Assembly: GCA_949287365.1 (NCBI GenBank)
Contig: CASEGC010000019.1
Coordinates: 2,428 to 66,427, forward strand
Direction of reading: 5' to 3'
DNA length: 64,000 nt
Origin: an uncultured Parabacteroides sp.
GTDB taxonomy: Bacteria; Bacteroidota; Bacteroidia; Bacteroidales; Tannerellaceae
Made by a program: the position numbers and the translations under genes. The stretch's first letter is position 1. Each line of letters begins with the position of its first letter. Under the pieces are notes generated by a model that did not search any database, was not told where the DNA came from, and saw only the letters and a program-made list of their open reading frames with translations. This document shows, in pieces, positions 10,578 through 19,359 of the stretch.

Positions 10578-12350
10578 ATGGTACAAATAGAGAACGAGAA
10601 AAAAAGCCGGATATCGTTCAGCCAACGGCTTTTTTGGTCTGTCTTCTTCATGTTCTTGGGTTTCACGGTCTGCTTCCTTCTTTTCCAGTACCAACGGGAG
10701 AAGGAGTTCGCGCGAGATAAGCTGAACGGCGTGCTGGGCAATTACAATTACCAATTGTTCCGGAAATGCCAACAAGGCGCGGATATCGGCGAGTCGGTCT
10801 GCGCCTTCCTTAAGGATATCCCGCATAAGGACTTGAGGGTGACGATTATCGACCCCTCCGGGAAGGTCTTGTTCGACAATAGCGGCACGGAGGAGTTCAA
10901 CAACCATAACGACCGGAGCGAGGTCCGCGAGGCGCGCCTGCGCAACAGGGGGTTCGCCATCCGTTCCTCCGAGTCCACGGGGAAAAGGTATTTCTACTCG
11001 GCGTCCAACATAGGCGGCTACATCTACCGCTCCGCCTTGCCTTTCGACCCTTACGTGAAATGGGTCTTGACGGTCAACAAGGACTTCATCTACTTCATGA
11101 TATTGATGATGTTGATATTCTTCTTCGTGCTCTCCCGATTCACCTTCAGCATCGGGAAGACCATCGCAAGGCTGCGAGATTTCGCCTTGAACGTCGAGAA
11201 AGACCAGATTCCGGCGGTCGATTACGTCTTCCCCAACGACGAGCTGGGCGACATCTCCCGGAATATCGTCACCCTCTATCATCAGCAACAAAAAGCGAAG
11301 AACGAGCTCTCGATGGAAAGGGAGAAAATCATCAAGCACTTCCAATACTCCAAGGAAGGTTTCGCCATGTTCACGAGCGAGGGCCGGGAAATCCTGTCCA
11401 ACATCCTCTTCATACAGTTCATGAATGTCATTTCCGACATACGCATCCATCAAGCCGAGGAGGCGATAGAGGTGCCGGACCTTGGGCCTATCAACGAGTT
11501 CTTGAACAAGAACATACGAAGCTCCAACCGGAAAAGGAAGGTGATGAGGGAATCGGTGACCATCGACAAGAACGGAAAAATCTTCCTCATCGAATGCATC
11601 CTGTTCCTCGACAACAGCTACGAGATATCCATCAACGACATATCGCGCCAAGAGGAGGAGAGCCGAATGAAACGCCAGCTCACGCAAAACGTCTCCCACG
11701 AGCTGAAAACGCCGGTCAGCAGCATCCAAGGCTATTTGGAGACGATACTCGACAATCCGGACCTCAGTCCCGAAAAACGGCAGTTCTTCTTGGAGCGTTG
11801 CTATTCGCAAAGCACACGCCTAACGGGATTACTAAGGGACATCTCCGTGCTCAACCGGCTGGACGAGGCTTCGGAGATGTTCGAGCTGTCCGAGGTCAAC
11901 ATCACCAAGCTGGTCACGGAAATCGAGAAAGAGTGCTCCAAGGAAATGGAGGAAAAACATATCACCTCGGAAGTAATCCTTCCCGGAGACCCGACCGTCA
12001 TCGGGAACGCCTCCTTGCTTTATTCCATCTTCCGGAACCTGTATGACAACGCCATCGCATACGCCGGAGAGAATATCAAAATCACGGTGAACTGCTATAA
12101 GGAAGACCCAAAATATTACTATTTCAGCTTCTCCGACAACGGAACGGGGATTCCGGAAGAACACATCAATCGCATCTTCGAGCGTTTTTACCGGGTAGAT
12201 AAAGGACGGAGCCGCAAGATTGGGGGAACCGGACTGGGCCTGTCCATCGTCAAGAACGGGGTCAATTTCCACAAAGGACAAATCTCCGCCAAAAGCGGAC
12301 CGGGGAAAGGAGTCACCTTCTTCTTTACCTTGAAGAAAAGATTGCGGTAA
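10578..12350 (+). CDS. Sensor histidine kinase (PhoR-like)
   Basis: Two TMs, H-box NVSHELKTP, N-box NLYDNAIAY, DNGTGI, FERFYRVDK, GGTGLGL. Confidence 0.93.
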   Translation: MVQIENEKKSRISFSQRLFWSVFFMFLGFTVCFLLFQYQREKEFARDKLNGVLGNYNYQLFRKCQQGADIGESVCAFLKDIPHKDLRVTIIDPSGKVLFDNSGTEEFNNHNDRSEVREARLRNRGFAIRSSESTGKRYFYSASNIGGYIYRSALPFDPYVKWVLTVNKDFIYFMILMMLIFFFVLSRFTFSIGKTIARLRDFALNVEKDQIPAVDYVFPNDELGDISRNIVTLYHQQQKAKNELSMEREKIIKHFQYSKEGFAMFTSEGREILSNILFIQFMNVISDIRIHQAEEAIEVPDLGPINEFLNKNIRSSNRKRKVMRESVTIDKNGKIFLIECILFLDNSYEISINDISRQEEESRMKRQLTQNVSHELKTPVSSIQGYLETILDNPDLSPEKRQFFLERCYSQSTRLTGLLRDISVLNRLDEASEMFELSEVNITKLVTEIEKECSKEMEEKHITSEVILPGDPTVIGNASLLYSIFRNLYDNAIAYAGENIKITVNCYKEDPKYYYFSFSDNGTGIPEEHINRIFERFYRVDKGRSRKIGGTGLGLSIVKNGVNFHKGQISAKSGPGKGVTFFFTLKKRLR

Positions 12351-12450
12351 AATCCTTGTCACATAAACGCGCCTATACTCGTAAAGCGGCGCGAGAAAAG
12401 CTTGGTAAGCGGACCGAAAACTGCTTACTAAGCCGACGAGCGTCTACAGC

Positions 12451-12747
12451 AACACGAGTTCGATATAAACTCCAAACGGATAAGAGGATAACAAACCGGA
12501 AAAAAGTTCGATAGCCGGGAAGAAAACTTGGAAAGTCGGCGAAAAAAACCGGAAACTCCATAGGAAAAAGTCTATCTTTAGACTGAAGATATATATCTTT
12601 AGGTTAAAGATATGTATCTGTAGGTTGAAGATATGTATCTTTAGGCTAAAGATAGAGAAATATCCGGCGTATGGCGAACTTTTTCATATAAGGTTCGAGT
12701 TTTTTTGTCCCTTCTTTTCCTTTTTTTCCTTGTGTCGAACTCGCGCT
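12451..12747 (+). repeat. Palindrome-array element copy 2 (core 12571-12656) with inverted ends
   Basis: 86-bp four-unit core; left end aacacgagttcgatataa (12451-12468), right end ttgtgtcgaactcgcgct (12730-12747). Confidence 0.93.
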
Positions 12748-12753
12748 AAAATC

Positions 12754-13215
12754 ATGGCACTCCGAACACGAAGAATAAAAAAAGCTTTTGGATTTGACAA
12801 AAGCAAGACCGAGAAATATGTAATCGTCCCTGATAGGGCGACAGTGGTCACGTTCGAGGACCTTTGCGAGCAAATCGCTACAGTATCAAACTCTAATATC
12901 GGTATGGTCCGGCTGGTACTTTATGGGCTGGTGAATTCCATGAAGACCTTTATCCGGCAAGGACATTCCGTGCAAGTAGACGGCTTCGGCACCTTCATCC
13001 CCTCTTTCAACGCGAAAAGCAGCTTGATAGAGGACGAAGCGAACATCGATTCCATCACGAAGGTAAAACTCCGGTTCCTGCCAAGCTCGGAATTGCGGCA
13101 GGTCATCAACTCGATAGAGTTCGAGTTTGACGTGACAGACAGTACGAACGACACTCAAGAGGCATCGGAAACCGAGCCCGACGAGGAAGAGGAAGAAACT
13201 CCGGGTACGGTATAA
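12754..13215 (+). CDS. HU-related (Bacteroidetes HU/IHF-like) DNA-binding protein with acidic tail
   Basis: ATG 12754; GHSVQVDGFGTFIPSF..KS, KLRFLPS.ELRQ; ends EPDEEEEETPGTV. The track's upstream extension is repeat-derived. Confidence 0.85.
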   Translation: MALRTRRIKKAFGFDKSKTEKYVIVPDRATVVTFEDLCEQIATVSNSNIGMVRLVLYGLVNSMKTFIRQGHSVQVDGFGTFIPSFNAKSSLIEDEANIDSITKVKLRFLPSSELRQVINSIEFEFDVTDSTNDTQEASETEPDEEEEETPGTV

Positions 13216-13262
13216 CCCATCCGTGAGGTAAACACTAAGCCCCTGTCCGGTAAGCCCCAAAG

Positions 13263-14174
13263 CTACCGGATGGGGGCTTTTTCATAACGCGCCAGCATTT
13301 GCCGCAAGAGCTCGCGTATCTCGTCCCGAAGCGAAGCGGGACGCAAGACTTCCACATTCTCCCGATGCCACAGCAGGCGTTGGATGAAATCATACGAAGG
13401 ACGTACGTAATATTGGAACAAGACATACTCTTCCGTCGTCTCAATCTCTTTTTGCGAAGTGTGGATAGGTGTCGAACGTACATAATCCACTTGATGTCCG
13501 TAAACCTTCAGTACGATTTCCTCCGGTTGCTTGTTGTCGTGGATGATGCCGAAACAGTCTTGATAAAACGTTTGCGGAGTAATGTCCGGAGACGGCAGGC
13601 AAGACTTTTCCCCAATGGATAAATCGCGCATCCGCTCCAATGCCAATACCCGTGTTTGGCTATGGTCTAAATACTCGCAAATCAAATACCAGCGATGCTC
13701 AAATAAACGCAAAAAACAGGGAATTACCTCATACGAAAAAACACGGTCTTTCGCATAATAGGAAACGTAGTCGAAACAAACCGTTTTCTCTTTGTCAATG
13801 GCATCCAATAGAATATGTAGGGATTCAACCCCGGTCGGTATCTCTTGCAACATGATTTTCTCTCGATGTCGCAAAGCCAACGTGGAAAGATTATTCACGT
13901 GGATACTCCCCAGCAAGTACTTGTAAAGCGGGTTCTCTCGCACCTCCTCCGGATTCGCCAAGTGATATTTCCTCAAGCGCGGGTCGAAGTCGATGTCGAT
14001 TTGGAACGTGAGCGCGATATACCGTCGGTCGCGGTCGAATGTCCGTGCCGAAATCTCCTCGCCGTCATAATTCAGTGAATACTCCCGAAAGCGTTCGTTC
14101 AACTCTTTCAGTGACATATCCCCATAGTCGATAAACGTACCGACCTCCCAAAGGCAACGTTCGTATTTGTCCAT
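13263..14174 (-). CDS. WYL-domain transcriptional regulator (wHTH-WYL-WCX)
   Basis: ISARTFDRDRRYI wHTH; VIPCFLRLFEHRWYLI, RVLALERMRDL; PIHTSQ..., VEVLRPASLR. Confidence 0.92.
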   Translation of the reverse strand: MDKYERCLWEVGTFIDYGDMSLKELNERFREYSLNYDGEEISARTFDRDRRYIALTFQIDIDFDPRLRKYHLANPEEVRENPLYKYLLGSIHVNNLSTLALRHREKIMLQEIPTGVESLHILLDAIDKEKTVCFDYVSYYAKDRVFSYEVIPCFLRLFEHRWYLICEYLDHSQTRVLALERMRDLSIGEKSCLPSPDITPQTFYQDCFGIIHDNKQPEEIVLKVYGHQVDYVRSTPIHTSQKEIETTEEYVLFQYYVRPSYDFIQRLLWHRENVEVLRPASLRDEIRELLRQMLARYEKAPIR

Positions 14175-14216
14175 AGCGTATTTTCCTATTTGTTTCCGCA
14201 AAGAAAAGCATAATAG

Positions 14217-14235
14217 TCGGACTTATTTTGTCCGA
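14217..14235. promoter_or_regulatory. Candidate WYL operator TCGGAC-N7-GTCCGA between divergent promoters
   Basis: Perfect 6-7-6 inverted repeat centred between symmetric gcaaagaaaag / ctttttcttttgc (-7-like TTTG boxes on both strands). Confidence 0.55.
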
Positions 14236-14390
14236 GCTAACTTTTTCTTTTGCAATGTAAAAACAAATAAAGGAAACAGGTTGATTTATAAATGGCTTTT
14301 CGTTACATTTGCGGTAATTCCAGGTAGAACCAAGCGAGGCATCGAACGGAAGGACATACCGAAAGCGAAAAAGCGTTTACAATATTATTC

Positions 14391-14557
14391 CCAACTCCGG
14401 AAATCGCCAATTTTCAACTGTACGGGAATAGTAGACAACAAATGCTTACGCTCTGCTGTATTATTCTATGTCTCAGACAAGAACTATCACAGTATAGAGC
14501 GTGGGCTGTTGTTTAATTATCCGTACAGTGGGTTATTTGGCGATACCTCGGGGTTGG
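14391..14557 (+). ncRNA. Long imperfect hairpin (structured leader or ncRNA) ahead of island operon
   Basis: Nested pairings ccaactccg/cggggttgg, atcgccaa/ttggcgat, actgtacgg/ccgtacagt, acaaca/tgttgt, gcttacgctct/agagcgtgggc, tgtc-tca-gaca; TACATTTG -7 motif at 14304. Confidence 0.5.
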
Positions 14558-14660
14558 ATAATTGAGTAACAGTTCCCACGCTTTTTCTATTACGTAATTA
14601 AAAAATCCGAACCGGAGGGGAACAGGGGAAGGCAAAAAACTAATATAATTAATCATCGAC

Positions 14661-15674
14661 ATGGAAAAAGCTTGTTCTATCTTTGGATTGACAATTGAGC
14701 AAACGCAATTATTGTTCAGTTTACAACGTCTTATTACAGAAGGAGATTGCTCTTATACATTAGCCAACGGTGGTGGACTATTTGCAAAATCTGATGTAGC
14801 TCAAAACAAAAGACTATGGTTACATAAATGGGATACTTCTATTGCTGATTATTTGAAGAAACTTTCCAATAAGAATTTAGCTCCACTTCGTTCGGATATT
14901 GAAATACAAAATCTTATCCACAGTATCAAAAGTGAAACTAACATATGGAAATATATGATTTTCTTAGAATGTGTTCTCTATAGCCCTTATTATCCGTTAA
15001 GTGAAAATAAGGATGACTATAAACAATTCAAAGGATTAAAATTACACAAAGAGAAAAGAAAAGAAATACTTTATCATATATGCTCTTTATTAGAAATAGA
15101 CTCCAAATATATAGAACGATTTGAAAGTGCGCATTCAAAATCAATAAAATCTTTGTCTGGATATTGGACAAAAGTAGCTGCTGCTGCAGGTGTAGGTTTA
15201 ATCCTTATACTTATAGCAATAGCTACATTTCAATATCAAATTATTGCCTTCTTTGCAGCAAACGGTCTTCATGGTGCAGCTGCTATATCTGCAGGTCTTG
15301 CCGCATTAGGAGGTGGCGCTATTGCTGCAGGAGGTTTTGGCATGGCTGGAGGTATTGCCGTGCTTATTGGTGGAGGATCTCTCCTTGGTATTTCTGCGGG
15401 AGGAGCTGTAGGAATGGGTATAGCTTCTTTAGGTGCCGGAGCCGTGCTATCTGAAGCTGCAAAAATGCAGGTAGTTCTTTCGGAAATAGTTTTAGCAATT
15501 CAAAAAGATACGAAGTCTTTCCAAGAAATTTTATTCAATCTACAGCGACAAAATCAGAATCTCAAACAAGAACTTAGCATATTAAAAGCTGAGACAGAAA
15601 AAAATAAGAAGCAAATTAAGAACTTGGAGAAGAGTATTGAGTATCTGGAAAAACTAATAAAAAGAAATATATAA
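14661..15674 (+). CDS. Glycine-zipper membrane protein with C-terminal coiled coil
   Basis: GLHGAAAISAGLAALGGGAIAAGGFGMAGG hydrophobic Gly/Ala tract; heptad C-terminus LQRQNQNLKQELSILK. Confidence 0.8.
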   Translation: MEKACSIFGLTIEQTQLLFSLQRLITEGDCSYTLANGGGLFAKSDVAQNKRLWLHKWDTSIADYLKKLSNKNLAPLRSDIEIQNLIHSIKSETNIWKYMIFLECVLYSPYYPLSENKDDYKQFKGLKLHKEKRKEILYHICSLLEIDSKYIERFESAHSKSIKSLSGYWTKVAAAAGVGLILILIAIATFQYQIIAFFAANGLHGAAAISAGLAALGGGAIAAGGFGMAGGIAVLIGGGSLLGISAGGAVGMGIASLGAGAVLSEAAKMQVVLSEIVLAIQKDTKSFQEILFNLQRQNQNLKQELSILKAETEKNKKQIKNLEKSIEYLEKLIKRNI

Positions 15675-15678
15675 TCAC

Positions 15679-16950
15679 ATGGAAGATTTTCATAAGTTAT
15701 CTCAAAAAGTAAATGCGATCAAGAATATCCAAAAAGAAATAGAGATTGAAACTTCATCATTAAACGAAGAAGTTAAAATCAACACTTCCGCATTGGATGC
15801 ATTAACTCAAAGAATTAATAATTTACATCAAAATACAAATACATTACCTATAGCTTCAGAGTTTGATATTCAAGACAAGATGTTTTGTGTAAATTCAAGA
15901 GAAATAGATTCGCTGTTGAATGAAGATTTATTCAAGAGAAATAAATCTTTATCGGATAAAGTATATGATCTAAATAATGTTGATATTTTGGTAGCATGTG
16001 TAACAGGAGGTATTGCAGTACTTACAGATTTCCTAATAGTCAAAACACCTAAAAATATTAGAATTGAAGGAGAGATAAAAGAAGCTAGCATATTGACGCA
16101 ATTGATTAAGAAAATAGGTTTTACAGAAGATAAAAAAAAAGCAAAATGGATTCGTGCTTTGGAGAGATGGTTTCCTGTAAATTATGATATTGCTATATCT
16201 GAAAATATAAAAGGAATGGGACCTAAAAACCATCGGATATTTAGTTTAGGTCATGACCCAAGCATAATGGGACTTATTTGGGGTATAAAAGATATTGTCT
16301 GTGGTACATTCTCATATATAGACAAAAATGGTATATTACATATGGATAAGGTTCGTGACGCTGATATCAAAAGAATATTTTATGCTCCTATTCTATGGAT
16401 AGGACATTTACTATCTGATATATTTACAAAAGCGGGTTTGCCAATTCCAGGTGGCTGCGCTCTTAGAATTTTGAAATTCGGAAGTTTTGGTGAAAAAAAT
16501 AGAACAATAGGAGATATTATTGAATATATGTATATAACTGGATATGATTTACGACATTTAGCAACAGCTTCTATATGCAATGTCGTTATTGAATTACTCA
16601 TCCGAACATATTTGTTTCTAATCGGAAATAAAGTATTTGAAGAGAATGCTCCCCTATTTGAAAAGGAATATGACAGAGTTAAAAATTATCAGAAAAAACA
16701 CAAACTTCTTATGACTTCTTATTCTGTTGCTATATATGGCAATATTTCTAAAGTTGCTATTTATCATGGACAGCCAAACGCAATTAATATTCCCATTTGG
16801 TACTCTTTTGCAAAAGAGTCTATTTCACAATTTACTATATATAAAAACAGCAATAATGACAGCATAAAATCAATAGAAAACAGACATTTAATAGATGAAA
16901 GATTTGCAGATTTAATAAAATACGACAAAAATTGTGAGTCCGAAAAGTAA
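15679..16950 (+). CDS. Hypothetical protein with N-terminal coiled coil and HRxxSLGHDP motif
   Basis: 423-aa ORF 4 nt downstream of previous gene; HRIFSLGHDP, HLLSD..T..GLPIPG, GYDLRH. Confidence 0.8.
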   Translation: MEDFHKLSQKVNAIKNIQKEIEIETSSLNEEVKINTSALDALTQRINNLHQNTNTLPIASEFDIQDKMFCVNSREIDSLLNEDLFKRNKSLSDKVYDLNNVDILVACVTGGIAVLTDFLIVKTPKNIRIEGEIKEASILTQLIKKIGFTEDKKKAKWIRALERWFPVNYDIAISENIKGMGPKNHRIFSLGHDPSIMGLIWGIKDIVCGTFSYIDKNGILHMDKVRDADIKRIFYAPILWIGHLLSDIFTKAGLPIPGGCALRILKFGSFGEKNRTIGDIIEYMYITGYDLRHLATASICNVVIELLIRTYLFLIGNKVFEENAPLFEKEYDRVKNYQKKHKLLMTSYSVAIYGNISKVAIYHGQPNAINIPIWYSFAKESISQFTIYKNSNNDSIKSIENRHLIDERFADLIKYDKNCESEK

Positions 16951-16953
16951 GAG

Positions 16954-16972
16954 TTAGACCACTTTTGTCCGA
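16954..16972 (+). promoter_or_regulatory. Second candidate WYL operator/internal promoter (TTAGAC-N7-GTCCGA)
   Basis: agttagaccacttttgtccgacctatctttttcctttgc aligns with agtcggacttattttgtccgagctaactttttcttttgc at 14215. Confidence 0.5.
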
Positions 16973-17015
16973 CCTATCTTTTTCCTTTGCGCCATAAAAC
17001 ACAACACAATACTTT

Positions 17016-17918
17016 ATGGACATGCAAAAGATACAAGAACAAATTGAAGGAATCAGCCAAAAAGTAAATGTTCCGGCTGAGTTAGCCTCTCTATGCGGTC
17101 TTTACCTTTCCGCATTAGATAATCTGAAAGGGGATGTAACGGATAGTTCTTTCTTAAGAACGCTAAATGAGACCTGCGATAAATTAAAGGAAAACACGGA
17201 AGAAAGGTTACGAATCGCTACGATTATAGATGTCTTGTTGGCCGCATCCTTTTATTATAAGCGGGCACATCTTTGGTCGTCGAAGCGAAAGGAGTTTCAG
17301 ACATCCTTTGCGTTGCTACTTTGGGAAGGGTATAATCTGTTGATGGATTGGCACGATGAATACAGCGAAGAATATTATGAGCGCATAAACTACTCTGAGC
17401 GATTGTTTAACGAATTCGCATTAGAAGCAAGCCGGACAGATTTCAACCGATTCAATTTGTGGAGAAATATGGTGAAGCAATACCGGATTATTTTAAGCCA
17501 TGGCTTGAAACGATTAGACAGCCGTTTGAAGAATATTTTCGCCAAATATGCCAAAGAGATATTTATTTTCAGCAGCTGGATATTGGGGAACTTTTATCTT
17601 CTTGCTTGGAGTATAACTACATTATCCGGAGGGCTTGTTTTACTCGCTTTATCCCACCTGTTTTACAAATTCTATGTAGAGAAACCCTACTTTTCATTAT
17701 TGGTTGGAGAAGGTATTAAAAGGCATAAAATAGAATCTGGAGAACTCTATATTGCCCGTGAAGCTTTTTGGGATTGGGGGCTATTTGCGTTGGGAACACC
17801 CTTACGAGTATTTCTATTTGGATTATTGACTCTACTTTTTATAGAACTCATACAAGGATTCTTTGGGTGGAAGATTTTGTTCAGACAAAAAATAGTTTCG
17901 CAGCCAATCAAACGGTAG
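17016..17918 (+). CDS. Hypothetical membrane protein (C-terminal TM helices)
   Basis: 300-aa ORF; hydrophobic segments in last ~120 aa. Confidence 0.75.
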   Translation: MDMQKIQEQIEGISQKVNVPAELASLCGLYLSALDNLKGDVTDSSFLRTLNETCDKLKENTEERLRIATIIDVLLAASFYYKRAHLWSSKRKEFQTSFALLLWEGYNLLMDWHDEYSEEYYERINYSERLFNEFALEASRTDFNRFNLWRNMVKQYRIILSHGLKRLDSRLKNIFAKYAKEIFIFSSWILGNFYLLAWSITTLSGGLVLLALSHLFYKFYVEKPYFSLLVGEGIKRHKIESGELYIAREAFWDWGLFALGTPLRVFLFGLLTLLFIELIQGFFGWKILFRQKIVSQPIKR

Positions 17919-17998
17919 AATCAGAAAAAAGAGGTAACAAAGATTGTGGCGTCTAATGAATAAGTCTTTTATGAATACACATTAAAAGATTACATAAT

Positions 17999-19051
17999 AT
18001 GAAAAAGAAATTTTTAGTAGGTAGCCTATCCGTCTTGGCTATCGTGTTAGGTGTTTATTTTCTGTCCCCTTCAGTGGCTGAATATAATGAAAAGGCGGAT
18101 GTGTTGTTCGATCAGCAGAAGTATACAGAAGCGTTTACTTACTATAAAAAAGCAGCTGATAAAAAAGATGGTTATGCATGTTATCGATTAGGAATACTTT
18201 ACTTGAAGGGATTAGGAATAACAGCATCCGAATCAAAAGCCGTAGACTATTTTCAAAAATCGGCAGATTTGAATGACGCAAACGGGCAATATGAATTAGC
18301 CTATCATTACTATGAAACTCATGATTATAGGAAAGCTCACTTTTATGCGATGAAATCTGCGTTACAAGAAAATTTAGATGCAGCATGTCTGTTAGGATTC
18401 CTCTATGATCAAGGGAAAGGCGTAACTAAAGACGAAAAAAAGGCTTTTGGTTGGTATGAAAAAGCAGCCACTAAGAATACAGATGCCAAAATGAATCTAG
18501 CTATGGCTTATTTCACCGGAAGAGGAACAGAAAAAAATTACAATAAAGCATTCCAATTATTTACAGAATTAGCAGGAAAAGGAGAAACTGATAGTTTTAA
18601 TTTCATTGGGTATATGTACGATCATGGTTTTGGTACATCTAAAAATGTTCAGCAAGCCTGTATGTGGTTCAAAAAAGGAGCTGAAGCAGGGGATTTAATC
18701 GCACAATATAATTGGGCTACCAAATTGTGGAGAGGAGAAGGAGTTCCCCAAGACCAAGATGAAGCATTGCGTTGGTACAAGAAATCAGCGACAGGAGGAA
18801 ATGAACAAGCACTTCAGTTTATAAATGGATACGAGGAATGGAAACGCAATGAAGAAATTAGAAAAGAAAAAGCACGTAGACAGAAAGAGTCAGAAGCTCC
18901 CCGTATCTGTCCGGGCTGTCAAGGCACAGGTCGTGTATTGGCAGGAACAGGCAAATGGGAAAATTGTGGACTGTGTGGTGGTACCGGTGTTTTTCAATCT
19001 TTTACTGGTAGATGGAAAGATATGATTGATGCGATAGATAATATGTGGTAG
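17999..19051 (+). CDS. Sel1-like repeat protein with C-terminal DnaJ-type CxxCxGxG zinc finger
   Basis: N-terminal signal/TM; repeated LG..Y..G.GV..D..KA..WY.KAA; CPGCQGTG...CGLCGGTG. Confidence 0.88.
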   Translation: MKKKFLVGSLSVLAIVLGVYFLSPSVAEYNEKADVLFDQQKYTEAFTYYKKAADKKDGYACYRLGILYLKGLGITASESKAVDYFQKSADLNDANGQYELAYHYYETHDYRKAHFYAMKSALQENLDAACLLGFLYDQGKGVTKDEKKAFGWYEKAATKNTDAKMNLAMAYFTGRGTEKNYNKAFQLFTELAGKGETDSFNFIGYMYDHGFGTSKNVQQACMWFKKGAEAGDLIAQYNWATKLWRGEGVPQDQDEALRWYKKSATGGNEQALQFINGYEEWKRNEEIRKEKARRQKESEAPRICPGCQGTGRVLAGTGKWENCGLCGGTGVFQSFTGRWKDMIDAIDNMW

Positions 19052-19065
19052 TTAAATATTCGATT

Positions 19066-19287
19066 ATGCCATTATTTAGAATTACAACCAAGCAATCCAA
19101 GAATGCGAATGGCATTCGGATTGAAAAAGGAATGAGTGTCGAAGTCGTAACCTCTTCGATGAGTAATCCGTTGACAACAAACGGAGGACAAGCAGTTGCC
19201 GATGCTTTCATGCGCGTTTATGGTATTGACGCCAAGAAAGCTGGGATTCTTTCAACAGTCTATTTGGATGTTGTGAAGGTACGGTAA
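19066..19287 (+). CDS. Small conserved Bacteroidales protein (resembles DUF6140 from memory; unverified)
   Basis: MPLFRITTKQ...NGIRIEKGMSVEV...NGGQAVADAFMRVYGID. Confidence 0.6.
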   Translation: MPLFRITTKQSKNANGIRIEKGMSVEVVTSSMSNPLTTNGGQAVADAFMRVYGIDAKKAGILSTVYLDVVKVR

Positions 19288-19359
19288 TCTAAAGAGAATG
19301 GAACGGGGAATCAATTCTCCGTCCTATTCTTTGTATAAGAATTCGATTTCCCAACAAAT

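Noticed and set aside
6556-11810. Long minus-strand ORFs 6556-7980 and 10473-11810 (and similar shadows at 2837, 24911, 44537, 51230)
   Set aside because: Overlap well-supported genes on the opposite strand or another frame; no recognisable domains
12571-12656. Palindrome as a DtxR/IdeR or Fur operator (19-bp 9-1-9; central TTAGSCTAA matches the DtxR box centre)
   Set aside because: Outer bases differ, long conserved arms and fixed four-unit layout are unlike simple operators, and neighbours show no metal-homeostasis bias; not fully excluded
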